NCBI GenBank assembly: GCA_964440915.1
Contig: CAYTTV010000009.1
Location: 50,735 to 82,734 of the forward strand
Length of the DNA stretch: 32,000 nucleotides
Reading direction: 5' to 3'
Source: an uncultured Roseivirgaceae bacterium
GTDB taxonomy: Bacteria > Bacteroidota > Bacteroidia > Cytophagales > Cyclobacteriaceae
Shown: piece by piece, positions 9,318-17,644 of the stretch
Position numbering within the stretch: the first letter of the stretch is position 1
How the letters are laid out: each line of letters begins with the position of its first letter
Program-made: the position numbers and the translations under genes
The notes under the pieces: model-generated
Seen by the model: only the letters and a program-made list of their open reading frames with translations
Told to the model about the DNA's origin: nothing
Database searches by the model: none

Positions 9318-10667
9318 TCATGGCGCCATTCTGACAGCATTACTGGCACTGGTGGAGCCCATCATCGGCTTATCTTCAGATGATGCGATAAACTCTTTTT
9401 CAGGAAAATCAATATTGTCTAGCCTGTTCACGACCTCATCTCGGACGTTGGCATAGGTTGCTTCATATTCTTCATTAATAGGATTGGAAGGCGGCAGCTC
9501 CACCCTTAAGGCATCTACCTGTACGCCATTTTTCCAGAACCTGTAGCACAGATGGGGGCCCGTGGCCAAGCCTGTACTGCCAACATAGCCGATTGTTTGA
9601 CCTTGTTTCACCCTAGCCCCTCTTTTCAACCCTTTGGCAAACCTCGACATATGCAGGTATTGGGTAGTGTAAGTGCCGTTATGCCTTATCTTAATATAAT
9701 TGCCATTGCCGCTCGTGTATCCGGCTTCTACTACCAAGCCATCTCCCACAGATCGGATAGGAGTCCCTGTTGGGGCCGCATAGTCAGTGCCTAAGTGCGA
9801 CTTCCAGCGCTTCAGCACCGGATGATACCGTTTGGGCGAGTAGCGTGAACTGATCCGGGTATATTCTAATGGATCCCTTAGGAAAGCCTTGCGCAAACTT
9901 TTCCCTTCGACATCAAAGTAGTCGGCACCATCTCCCTGATCGAAAGGAATCGCATAATAAGATTCTCCGAAATGCTCAAAATAAGCACCCAATACTCTGC
10001 CATAACCTACAAATTCATCTCCAACCCTTTTTTCTTCATATATCATCTTAAACTTATCGCCTCTTTGCAACCTGAAGAAATCAATTTCCCAGCTATAAAT
10101 ATCGGCCAAGCTATTGACAAGCATGGGGGAAGCTCCCTGCCCAACCATAGCATCCGATAAAGAAGTAGATATTTCACCGGTGATCGTTTTTTCTGATATG
10201 GTCACCTCACGCTCACCTCTATATATGTGGATAGAATCCTGAAGATTGAACACTACATATTCTGTAGGGCTAGGCTCGTATATAAAACACTGAGCAGTCT
10301 GCAAAGAATCGGGAGAACAAATAAGCGTGTATTTTCGATTCGCATTGATCCTCCTTACATCAAAAACATCCTTTGACTTCTGAGCCAGCTCATGTATAAT
10401 GGGATAAGAGACATTGTATTGAGACAATATTTGAGAAAGGTTTTGATTAGGCTTGATGATATCATCTATCACCAACAAAGAATCTACGACAATGCCATAT
10501 AAAACCTCTGGTTCTTTAGCCTCTACCATTTCGACGGTATCAGGCTTAAAATGAATAGGTGCTTCTTCTGAAATGATTTCCCTTTTAAAAAATTCGGGAT
10601 ATGTTATATAGTATGCAGCAGCAATAGCACCTAGTAGGATGGTAAAGGAAAGGATCTTTTTGAACAT
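9318..10667 (-). CDS. M23 (LytM) family peptidoglycan metalloendopeptidase, MepM-like architecture
   Basis: N-terminal anchor (ILSFTILLGAIAAAYYI). M23 zinc motifs HLGTDYAAPTGTPI (HxxxD) and GPHLCYRF (HxH-type region), plus GNYIKIRH and QYLHMS. Confidence 0.9.
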   Translation of the reverse strand: MFKKILSFTILLGAIAAAYYITYPEFFKREIISEEAPIHFKPDTVEMVEAKEPEVLYGIVVDSLLVIDDIIKPNQNLSQILSQYNVSYPIIHELAQKSKDVFDVRRINANRKYTLICSPDSLQTAQCFIYEPSPTEYVVFNLQDSIHIYRGEREVTISEKTITGEISTSLSDAMVGQGASPMLVNSLADIYSWEIDFFRLQRGDKFKMIYEEKRVGDEFVGYGRVLGAYFEHFGESYYAIPFDQGDGADYFDVEGKSLRKAFLRDPLEYTRISSRYSPKRYHPVLKRWKSHLGTDYAAPTGTPIRSVGDGLVVEAGYTSGNGNYIKIRHNGTYTTQYLHMSRFAKGLKRGARVKQGQTIGYVGSTGLATGPHLCYRFWKNGVQVDALRVELPPSNPINEEYEATYANVRDEVVNRLDNIDFPEKEFIASSEDKPMMGSTSASNAVRMAP

Positions 10668-11066
10668 GTAAAGGGCAATATTTTAGTGGTTTACGCTTAA
10701 ATTTAATCAAATACCTACCAATAAATCAATTCTTAACGCCATAATAAAACAAAAGAAGCTTAATTCATTCGATAGGTTAAACTTAGCCTTAAAGTTATGC
10801 TATTTAAATCCAGATAATTTTAAAGAATTTGGAAATACATGATACATGTATTTTTTATGAAGGAAATCAACAATCTGCTTCATAGCTAGCACTTTAAACG
10901 GATGATAGGGATTCCTTTGAACCCTATAAAACGAACCTTGGCTTATGCATTTTAATTGCGAAGGTTTGAAAAGGAATATTTAATAATAGTAATACTGTAG
11001 CCTAAATCGCATTTTTGCTAAATTGGAAAACGATCAAGAAGGACAAAGATTAGAACAGGGAATAAA

Positions 11067-12437
11067 ATGGCTAAAATAAAAACAAGTTTTTTTTGTCAGA
11101 ATTGCGGTGCCCAATCCCCTAAGTGGCTAGGCAAATGCCCATCATGTCAGGAATGGAACACTATTGTGGAAGAAGTAATGCAAAAAGAGGCCAATACTGT
11201 CACTTGGAAATCCAGCAGTACCTCTCAACGCGCCAACAAACCACAACCTTTGGCTGAAATCCAATATAAGGAAACAGATAGGATAGCAAGCCAAGACAGC
11301 GAACTAGACAGGGTTTTGGGTGGGGGGATCGTGCCCGGTTCACTGATATTGATCGGCGGCGAGCCAGGGATCGGAAAGTCTACGCTAATGCTGCAAATAG
11401 CTTTACAGCTCACCCATTTGAAAGTGTTGTACGTATCGGGCGAGGAAAGCGAGCACCAAATCAAAATGCGGGCAGAGCGGATGCACCTGAAATCGCCGGG
11501 CACTTATATCCTTACAGAAACTTCCATGCAGAATGTCTTTAAGCAAATCGAGCTTCTCGAGCCTGACCTGTTGATTCTAGATTCCATACAAACCATGCAT
11601 ACTGCCCACCTCGATGCCGCTCCTGGCAGTGTTTCACAGGTGAGGGCTTGTACAGCTGAAGTAATGAAATTTGCCAAGGAGTCAGGCACCCCCGTATTTC
11701 TTATAGGCCATATTACCAAAGAAGGTACATTAGCCGGCCCTAAGGTACTCGAGCATATGGTGGATACTGTGCTTCAGTTTGAGGGGGACAGGCATCTGGC
11801 TTACCGCATTTTGCGCACAAGCAAAAATCGGTTTGGCTCCACTTCTGAACTTGGCATTTATGAAATGCTAGGCAACGGTCTCAGGCAGGTGTCCAATCCT
11901 TCCGAGATTCTAATCTCTCAAAGAGACGAAGCACTTAGCGGCGTATCTATAGGAGGCACTATAGAAGGCAACAGGCCACTATTGGTAGAAGTGCAGGCAT
12001 TGGTAAGCCCAGCGACCTACGGTACTCCGCAAAGAAGCTCTACTGGGTTCGATGCTAAAAGGCTTAATATGCTTCTGGCCGTGCTAGAAAAAAGAGGCGG
12101 CTTCAAACTGGGCACGCAAGATGTGTTTCTTAACATTGCCGGAGGATTAAGAGTTGAGGATCCCGCCATTGACCTTGCGGTGGTAGCTGCCGTTGTCTCC
12201 TCCTATGAAGAAAGGCCTATTGCGCATCAGGTATGTTTTGCGGCAGAAGTGGGTCTAGGTGGCGAGATACGTGGGGTGAACCGAATTGACAATAGGATTT
12301 CGGAAGCCGAGAAACTAGGATTTAAAACAATTTATGTGTCCAAGTTCAACACTAAAGGCTTCGACCCGAAGCGGCACAATATTGAAGTAAAAGCTTTTGG
12401 CAAGCTCGAAGAGGTTTTTCAAGATTTGATGGGGTGA
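11067..12437 (+). CDS. radA: DNA repair protein RadA/Sms
   Basis: N-terminal zinc finger CQNCGAQSPKWLGKCPSCQEW. Walker A GEPGIGKST. RadA motif KNRFG. C-terminal Lon-protease-like domain (GEIRGVNRIDNRISEAEKLGF). Confidence 0.97.
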   Translation: MAKIKTSFFCQNCGAQSPKWLGKCPSCQEWNTIVEEVMQKEANTVTWKSSSTSQRANKPQPLAEIQYKETDRIASQDSELDRVLGGGIVPGSLILIGGEPGIGKSTLMLQIALQLTHLKVLYVSGEESEHQIKMRAERMHLKSPGTYILTETSMQNVFKQIELLEPDLLILDSIQTMHTAHLDAAPGSVSQVRACTAEVMKFAKESGTPVFLIGHITKEGTLAGPKVLEHMVDTVLQFEGDRHLAYRILRTSKNRFGSTSELGIYEMLGNGLRQVSNPSEILISQRDEALSGVSIGGTIEGNRPLLVEVQALVSPATYGTPQRSSTGFDAKRLNMLLAVLEKRGGFKLGTQDVFLNIAGGLRVEDPAIDLAVVAAVVSSYEERPIAHQVCFAAEVGLGGEIRGVNRIDNRISEAEKLGFKTIYVSKFNTKGFDPKRHNIEVKAFGKLEEVFQDLMG

Positions 12438-12460
12438 TTATAAATGTACCCATTATTTAA

Positions 12461-12492
12461 TGTACCAATGCGGGATGGAAATGGTACGTTTT
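12461..12492 (+). terminator. Possible rho-independent terminator after radA
   Basis: gtacca (12462-12467) pairs with tggtac (12482-12487), followed by gTTTTaatt. The stem is short and the loop is large. Confidence 0.35.
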
Positions 12493-12571
12493 AATTGTTG
12501 AATTTTGAATGCTTAAGCGCAAACAATATCAGAGGTTGGCATAATAATTTCAAGGCAAAGCAATAGATTAC

Positions 12572-12579
12572 TATATTTG
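12572..12579 (+). promoter_or_regulatory. Bacteroidetes -7 promoter box TATATTTG
   Basis: Exact TAnnTTTG match 18 nt upstream of the ATG at 12597. Confidence 0.5.
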
Positions 12580-12596
12580 CTTTTTAACAATTCGAT

Positions 12597-13172
12597 ATGC
12601 ATTCTAAACAATTCTTATCTATCCTAGGCTTGCTCCTTATGTGCGCCATTTCGGCAAAAGGACAATACGCAGACCTAAAAAAAGTGCAGGTTAACAAAAG
12701 CATTCGTCTTTCATTGCCAGAAGATTTCACGCCCATGTCTGAGCATGAGATTCAGACTAAATATATATCTTACCGCAGCCCGATTGCCCTTTACGCCAAC
12801 CATAATCGCACAGCCGATTTAGGCATCAACCTGTCAGTAACCCATTGGGCGCCTAATGACTTGGAAATATTGCAAGAGTTTTACGAAAATTCTATTCGGA
12901 CACTTTACACCCAAGTTGAGTTTCTAAGAAAGGATATCGAAACAGTCGGCGGTATCCGTTTTGCTGTATTTGAGTTTATTTCTACGGTCACTGATGAAGA
13001 GAGTATCGTGAACAGGTCTCCAGCCATCAGCAAATACACCCTGATCTACTATGCCATTGTCAACGATAAAACCATCTTGTTTAACTTTACCTGTGCGGCT
13101 CAAGAAAGGGAAATCTGGCAGGATACGGCAAATGAAATTATGAATAGCATCCAAATTAAAAAAACACTGTAA
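12597..13172 (+). CDS. Hypothetical secreted protein
   Basis: Signal peptide MHSKQFLSILGLLLMCAISAKGQ. I recognise no motif in the rest. The stop overlaps the tadA start (TAATG). Confidence 0.6.
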   Translation: MHSKQFLSILGLLLMCAISAKGQYADLKKVQVNKSIRLSLPEDFTPMSEHEIQTKYISYRSPIALYANHNRTADLGINLSVTHWAPNDLEILQEFYENSIRTLYTQVEFLRKDIETVGGIRFAVFEFISTVTDEESIVNRSPAISKYTLIYYAIVNDKTILFNFTCAAQEREIWQDTANEIMNSIQIKKTL

Positions 13173-13621
13173 TGCTTCCTATGGTTTACGATGATGAGCA
13201 TTTCATGAAGGAAGCTTATAAACAGGCTCTATATGCCCGTGATGAAGGAGAGATCCCAGTCGGGGCTATTGTGGTTTGTGACAACCGAATCATCGCTAGG
13301 TCGTATAATCAAACGGAGAGGCTGAATGATGTCACCGCACATGCAGAGATGTTGGCCCTGACATCTGCCTTTAACACTGTGGGGGCAAAATACCTTGTCA
13401 ACTGTAGCTTATATGTAACTTTGGAACCTTGCGTGATGTGTGCCGGAGCTACTTATTGGTCACAGATTTCAAAACTTATATATGGCGCTAGTGATCCGAA
13501 GAGAGGTTATGGCAGATTGCAAGAAGAAATATTGCACCCTAAAACAAAAGTTGTGAGAGGAGTAATGGGCGATGCGTGTAAAGCTTTGCTAGACGAGTTC
13601 TTCCACAACTTGAGAAAGTAG
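13172..13621 (+). CDS. tadA: tRNA adenosine(34) deaminase
   Basis: CDA-fold zinc motifs HAEMLAL and LEPCVMCAG. The size (149 aa) is typical of TadA. Confidence 0.93.
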   Translation: MLPMVYDDEHFMKEAYKQALYARDEGEIPVGAIVVCDNRIIARSYNQTERLNDVTAHAEMLALTSAFNTVGAKYLVNCSLYVTLEPCVMCAGATYWSQISKLIYGASDPKRGYGRLQEEILHPKTKVVRGVMGDACKALLDEFFHNLRK

Positions 13622-13782
13622 CGGGGAGTAATCCTATTGCTTTCGTCCTTCTTGCTTCAGGAACCAGGTCAAGTATAGGGATACTTTAAATAAATAATAC
13701 GCTAGTTTAAGCATTACAAAAGGTTATAAACCTTTAAGACTTTATTTTTAAATATTTGTTTCATCTTTAATTAAACAACATT

Positions 13783-14391
13783 ATGGCTTTTGAATTACCT
13801 GCATTACCGTATGCAACCAATGCACTCGAACCTCATATCGATGCGCAAACAATGGAAATCCACCATGGCAAGCACCATGGAGCTTATACCACTAATCTGA
13901 ATAATGCTATACAGGGAACTGAATACGAAGGGAAGTCTATAGAGGAGATTCTGAAAAATATAAGCAAGCTTTCTCCTGCAGTTAGAAACAATGGGGGCGG
14001 CTACTATAACCATAACCTTTTTTGGCAGATATTGGCTCCTAATGCTGGTGGAAGCCCTTCAGGAGAGCTTGCAGAAGCGATCAACAAAAAATTCGGTTCG
14101 TTCGAAGACTTTAAAAAAGAGTTTGCCAATGCTGCCGCCACAAGATTTGGTTCCGGATGGGCTTGGCTTTGTGTAGGGGATAACGGCGAATTGGCTGTAT
14201 GCTCTACTCCTAACCAAGACAATCCTCTGATGGACATAGCAGAATGCAAAGGAACGCCTATCTTAGGCCTAGATGTATGGGAGCATGCATACTACCTCAA
14301 GTATCAGAACAAGAGGCCCGATTATATTGCAGCTTTCTGGAGTTTGGTAAACTGGGATGAAGTTGCCGAAAGATATTTGGCAGCAAAATAA
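13783..14391 (+). CDS. sodA: Superoxide dismutase, Fe/Mn family, Mn-type signature
   Basis: [10 protein letters not shown]...HHGKHH and [13 protein letters not shown]. The Mn-type discriminators are NNGGGYYNH (Gly rather than the Fe-type Gln) and TPNQDNPL (C-domain Gln). Confidence 0.93.
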   Translation: MAFELPALPYATNALEPHIDAQTMEIHHGKHHGAYTTNLNNAIQGTEYEGKSIEEILKNISKLSPAVRNNGGGYYNHNLFWQILAPNAGGSPSGELAEAINKKFGSFEDFKKEFANAAATRFGSGWAWLCVGDNGELAVCSTPNQDNPLMDIAECKGTPILGLDVWEHAYYLKYQNKRPDYIAAFWSLVNWDEVAERYLAAK

Positions 14392-14410
14392 GCTGACAAT
14401 TATAAACAAA

Positions 14411-14446
14411 AAAAGGTGCTGTACATGATGTGTAGCACCTTTTTTT
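14411..14446. terminator. Bidirectional rho-independent terminator between convergent sodA and ahpD
   Basis: aaaaaGGTGCTgtaca-tga-tgtgTAGCACCttttttt. The GC core is ggtgct/agcacc (14415-14420 / 14434-14439). An A-run lies upstream and a T-run downstream, so it can work on both strands. Confidence 0.7.
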
Positions 14447-14492
14447 GTTATGTTATGCATGGCGATAGCGGAATCGCACTCAATTCGATCTC

Positions 14493-15074
14493 TTATAAGA
14501 CTACTGTCAACCCCCTGATAACAGCACCTAGGCGGATGGCTTCGTAGACTCGTTCTTCAGAAGCGCCATGTTTCTTAACAGACTCGTCGTGTGAATTGAC
14601 ACAAAGTTCGCATCCGTTTAACGCAGAAATTACAAGGCTCACCAGTTCAAAGAATTCTTTTCCTAGAACAGGGTTCATCATGACGCTCATTTTAATTCCG
14701 GCTGGCGTGTTGTTGTAAAATTCATTGCCCGTAAAATGGCGAAAGCGATAAAACACATTATTCACGTTAAGCAATGACACCGCGGCATAGATTTCCGCCA
14801 CTTCTTCATCAGATGCACCTTCTTGCTTTGCAATATCTCCTAATCCTTCTTGCAAAACCACAGATTTGTCATTGACCGCCGTCGCTAGTGCTATTAATAC
14901 CGCTTCCTTTTTGCTGAGATTCTTGGTGTTCAAAAAATTACTGACGTTTATCTTAAGGTCTTTAATGTACCTGCTTTTTTCTGCAATTTGATCGAGTACC
15001 GGAGCATTGTGTTCCTCTGCAATGCCTACTTCTTTCAATAGATTTATTTTTGTTTCGTTAACTACTGCTTCCAT
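14493..15074 (-). CDS. ahpD: Alkylhydroperoxidase AhpD (carboxymuconolactone decarboxylase family)
   Basis: CxxC active-site context SALNGCELCVNSHD. It lies immediately downstream of ahpC on the same strand. Confidence 0.88.
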   Translation of the reverse strand: MEAVVNETKINLLKEVGIAEEHNAPVLDQIAEKSRYIKDLKINVSNFLNTKNLSKKEAVLIALATAVNDKSVVLQEGLGDIAKQEGASDEEVAEIYAAVSLLNVNNVFYRFRHFTGNEFYNNTPAGIKMSVMMNPVLGKEFFELVSLVISALNGCELCVNSHDESVKKHGASEERVYEAIRLGAVIRGLTVVL

Positions 15075-15194
15075 AATAAATATTTTTAATAGACCCTGCC
15101 TAAAGTCTTAGTTGATATACTTTAAGCAAGGTGCTTTTGTGAATGATTTGAAATGACTTTTATGTTGATCGTGAATAAATCCCCTCCTGAAGAT

Positions 15195-15749
15195 TTAAAC
15201 TGCAATTGTTTCTTCGCCTTTTTCCCAATTACAGGGGCATAGTTCATCTGTTTGCAAGGCATCTAAAACGCGCAAAACTTCCTCCACATTTCGGCCGACG
15301 GACAAGTCATAGAGGCTCACCCATCTTACAATACCTTCAGGATCTACGATATAAGTTGCTCTGTAAGCCACTTTTTCATTGGCTTCAAGGATCCCTAAAG
15401 AAGTAGCAAGTGACTTAGACGTGTCAGCAAGCATTGGGAAGCGCAAACCTCTAAGGTCATCATGGTTGTTTCTCCAAGCTAGGTGAACAAATTCTGAATC
15501 TGTGGAAGCGCCAATGAGGTCTGCATCTCTGTCTTCAAAGTCGGAGAAATGCTTGTTAAATTCTGCAATTTCTGTTGGGCACACAAAGGTGAAATCTTTT
15601 GGCCACCAGAACATCACCATCCATCTTCCTTTTGACTTATGAGTATCAGCTGAGATATCGGCAAACTCTTTTCCTTTCTCTAGACTTACTACGGCAGTTT
15701 TTGTAAAATCTGGGAACTGTGACCCGACTGACAAGATTCTGTTTTCCAT
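15195..15749 (-). CDS. ahpC: Peroxiredoxin AhpC (typical 2-Cys)
   Basis: Peroxidatic Cys motif FTFVCPTE. Resolving Cys region ELCPCNWEKGEETI. Confidence 0.93.
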   Translation of the reverse strand: MENRILSVGSQFPDFTKTAVVSLEKGKEFADISADTHKSKGRWMVMFWWPKDFTFVCPTEIAEFNKHFSDFEDRDADLIGASTDSEFVHLAWRNNHDDLRGLRFPMLADTSKSLATSLGILEANEKVAYRATYIVDPEGIVRWVSLYDLSVGRNVEEVLRVLDALQTDELCPCNWEKGEETIAV

Positions 15750-15809
15750 ATTGTTTTTTGTTTTTTATTTGATACAAAGTTGTGGGAATGGTTGTGATAA
15801 ATCAAATCG

Positions 15810-15846
15810 ATAGTTTTTATAACTCCATAGATAATTTCTATATTTG
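15810..15846. promoter_or_regulatory. Candidate OxyR operator (two adjacent ATAGnT elements) overlapping the oxyR -7 box TATATTTG
   Basis: ATAGtTtttAtAACT at 15810-15824. ATAGaTaatttCTAT at 15827-15841, a perfect ATAG-N7-CTAT / LysR T-N11-A dyad. TATATTTG (TAnnTTTG) at 15839-15846 ends 4 nt before the ATG at 15851. Confidence 0.45.
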
Positions 15847-15850
15847 CATT

Positions 15851-16789
15851 ATGACTTTACAGCAACTAGAATATATAGTGGCAGTACACAAGGAAAAGAA
15901 TTTTTCTAAGGCTGCTGATAAATGCTTTGTTACCCAACCTACCCTTAGTATGCAGATTCATAAGTTTGAGGAGGTATTGGGGGCGGTGATTTTTGATCGT
16001 TCCAAGCAGCCGGTTGTCGCTACAGCCTTGGGAATGGAGATTATTGCCATTGCCCAAGATGTGCTAAAGGATACCAGGCGGATCCAAGAACTGGTAGAAG
16101 ATGCGAAAGGCCAAATTTCGGGCGATCTTCGTATAGGTATTATACCCACGGTGGCACCTTATCTTGTCCCTATGTTCCTTACCGGTTTTTTAGAGCAGTA
16201 CCCTAATGTAAATCTTATTTTGGAGGAGATGCCGACAGATGATATTGTCAGGAACCTGAAGATGGATTTGTTAGATGCGGGGATTTTAGTAACGCCATTA
16301 AGCGACTTGCAAATACATGAAAAGCCCTTGTATTATGAGCCGTTTGTAGCTTATGTTTCTCCAAGTAGTGAAATGTATGCTCATAACATGCTTTCGCCTA
16401 AAGATATGGATTTGAGTGAAATATGGCTGCTTAATGAAGGGCATTGTATGCAGTCGCAAGTGATTAACTTATGCTATGAAAGGAAAAAGCGGCGCTTAGT
16501 ACCCAACTTTGAATATAGGGCAGGGAGTATTGAAACCTTGAGGAAGATGGTGGAGCTAAATGAAGGGGCTACGCTACTACCAGAATTGGCCCTGAGAGAC
16601 CTGCAAGAGCATCAGATGAAAATGGTGCGACGTTTTGAAGATCCTCAACCAGTAAGGGAAGTCAGCATGGTCACACATCGGAACTATGTTAAGAAAGGAC
16701 TTCTTAATGCACTTTTGAACAGCATTAAGGCCTGCATCCCTCAAGATATGCAGCACATAGAAGGCAAGAAGCGTATAGCCATCCAATAA
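15851..16789 (+). CDS. oxyR: LysR-family hydrogen-peroxide sensor/regulator OxyR
   Basis: N-terminal wHTH MTLQQLEYIVAVHKEKNFSKAADKCFVTQPTLSMQI. Redox Cys pair with OxyR spacing, EGHCMQSQVINLC (C-x8-C, compare E. coli C199/C208). Divergent from ahpCD. I chose the start at 15851 because LysR HTH domains begin at the N-terminus. The 23-aa upstream extension (15782) looks spurious. Confidence 0.9.
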   Translation: MTLQQLEYIVAVHKEKNFSKAADKCFVTQPTLSMQIHKFEEVLGAVIFDRSKQPVVATALGMEIIAIAQDVLKDTRRIQELVEDAKGQISGDLRIGIIPTVAPYLVPMFLTGFLEQYPNVNLILEEMPTDDIVRNLKMDLLDAGILVTPLSDLQIHEKPLYYEPFVAYVSPSSEMYAHNMLSPKDMDLSEIWLLNEGHCMQSQVINLCYERKKRRLVPNFEYRAGSIETLRKMVELNEGATLLPELALRDLQEHQMKMVRRFEDPQPVREVSMVTHRNYVKKGLLNALLNSIKACIPQDMQHIEGKKRIAIQ

Positions 16790-16819
16790 TATTTTGGTTG
16801 TGTATAGATGCAATGCCCA

Positions 16820-17368
16820 TCATAGGGAATTCCAGCCTTCCCGGGCTATGAGCGCCTTGATGTGAGCAAGATGATGCTCTCCATGCCAAACATACATACC
16901 CAAACAATGTTTGAGTGAGTAAATGTTGTTGTTTTCAGGATGAATAAAAGTTTTTTCCCAATCTTGAGGGCTTAGTTCTTTCATCAGGGCTGCCCACCGC
17001 TCATGAAGATTGGAGAGCAAACGTAGCGAAATGTGCGGGGAAAGTTTGCTGTCTGGAAGATTGGCCCATCTATCTTGCTCATAGCTTTTTATACGTGGAT
17101 TGTCTTCTGTAAGCGCCCACTTGAATCGGATATAGCTGTTAAGGTGACTATCAGGAATGTGGTGCACCAATTGTCGTACAGTCCATCCTCCGGGCCGATA
17201 TGGAGTGTCTAACTGCTGCTCATCCAAAACGTTTACTACATTTTGAAGCTTTATGGGAAAAGCCTCTAGTGCAAATATATTCCTTTCGATAAATTCGTCT
17301 TGTTGAATTGTGACAGGGTCGAACTTGCCAATAGGGTATCGAAGTTTTTCAAGATTAAGGTTTTCCAT
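16820..17368 (-). CDS. DinB/YfiT-family metal-dependent protein (bacillithiol-transferase-like)
   Basis: YfiT-like N-terminus (LRYPIGKF). Conserved His positions (VHHIPDSHLNSY ... WHGEHHLAHI) are typical of the DinB_2 four-helix-bundle metal site. Confidence 0.8.
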   Translation of the reverse strand: MENLNLEKLRYPIGKFDPVTIQQDEFIERNIFALEAFPIKLQNVVNVLDEQQLDTPYRPGGWTVRQLVHHIPDSHLNSYIRFKWALTEDNPRIKSYEQDRWANLPDSKLSPHISLRLLSNLHERWAALMKELSPQDWEKTFIHPENNNIYSLKHCLGMYVWHGEHHLAHIKALIAREGWNSL

Positions 17369-17416
17369 GATTAAATATATGGAAAAGGATCAAATGTTTG
17401 ATTTTTATGACATTCA

Positions 17417-17424
17417 TATTTTTG
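17417..17424 (+). promoter_or_regulatory. TAnnTTTG box (TATTTTTG) upstream of the GC-rich non-coding island
   Basis: Exact match to the -7 consensus. A TTTG at 17397-17400 lies only 16 nt upstream, shorter than the usual spacing as I recall it. Confidence 0.3.
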
Positions 17425-17475
17425 AAATTCTCATTGTGCCTTTTTGATTGCCCTATCGAGGCTATAGCTAGCGTA

Positions 17476-17616
17476 GGAGCGGCCAGGATAGTAGTGGAAA
17501 CCCCGCCAAGGGAAGACCGTTAATATGGAAGTGGCAGTGGGCTGAGCTTTTTGTTGTAATATTAGGAGAACCTGCGCGCAAGGCGGAGTTGTAACGGATA
17601 GCCTGATAAGCCGCCC
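17476..17616 (+). ncRNA. Candidate structured RNA of unknown class (rod-like imperfect hairpin); strand assignment tentative
   Basis: About 53% GC over 17471-17620 against 18-28% in the flanking intergenic DNA (hand count). Closing helix GG-a-GCGGC-CAGG (17476-17487) pairs with CCTG-ataa-GCCGC-CC (17602-17616), 11 bp. Inner helix aac-c-ccgcc (17499-17507) pairs with ggcgg-a-gtt (17582-17590). AT helix 17521-17526 pairs with 17559-17564. A purine-rich internal loop of 13 nt faces 17 nt. No ORF with a start codon on either strand. The few G-U pairs favour the + strand. Confidence 0.3.
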
Positions 17617-17644
17617 AAAATATTAAAAAATTATAATGAAAGAT

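Noticed and set aside
15782-15850. N-terminal extensions suggested by the ORF track: oxyR from 15782, the patatin protein from 9247, the methyltransferase from 19598, the hydrolase from 18497 and GGGPS from 21201.
   Set aside because: The extensions add residues ahead of well-defined N-terminal features (LysR HTH, signal peptide, conserved family N-termini). For oxyR, the extension also runs through the promoter and operator sequence. Internal ATG starts fit better.
17476-17616. Partial resemblance of the GC-rich island to TPP (GCTGAG ... ACCTG) or cobalamin (GGAGAACCTGC, similar to the B12 box) riboswitch cores.
   Set aside because: Only short fragments match, and in the wrong order or spacing. 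The remaining conserved cores, as I recall them, are absent (CUGAGA plus ACCUGAUCUGGAUAAUGCCAGCG for TPP; GCCACUG and the GGGAA/GGUG junction for cobalamin). The downstream gene, pdxJ, is not a known target of either class.
17431-17622. A 63-codon stop-free frame on the minus strand running through the GC-rich island (YFGRLIRLSVTTPPCAQ...DRAIKKAQ*).
   Set aside because: It contains no in-frame ATG, GTG or TTG and the peptide matches nothing I recognise. A decayed gene fragment cannot be excluded without a database search, but I cannot support a CDS or pseudogene call.
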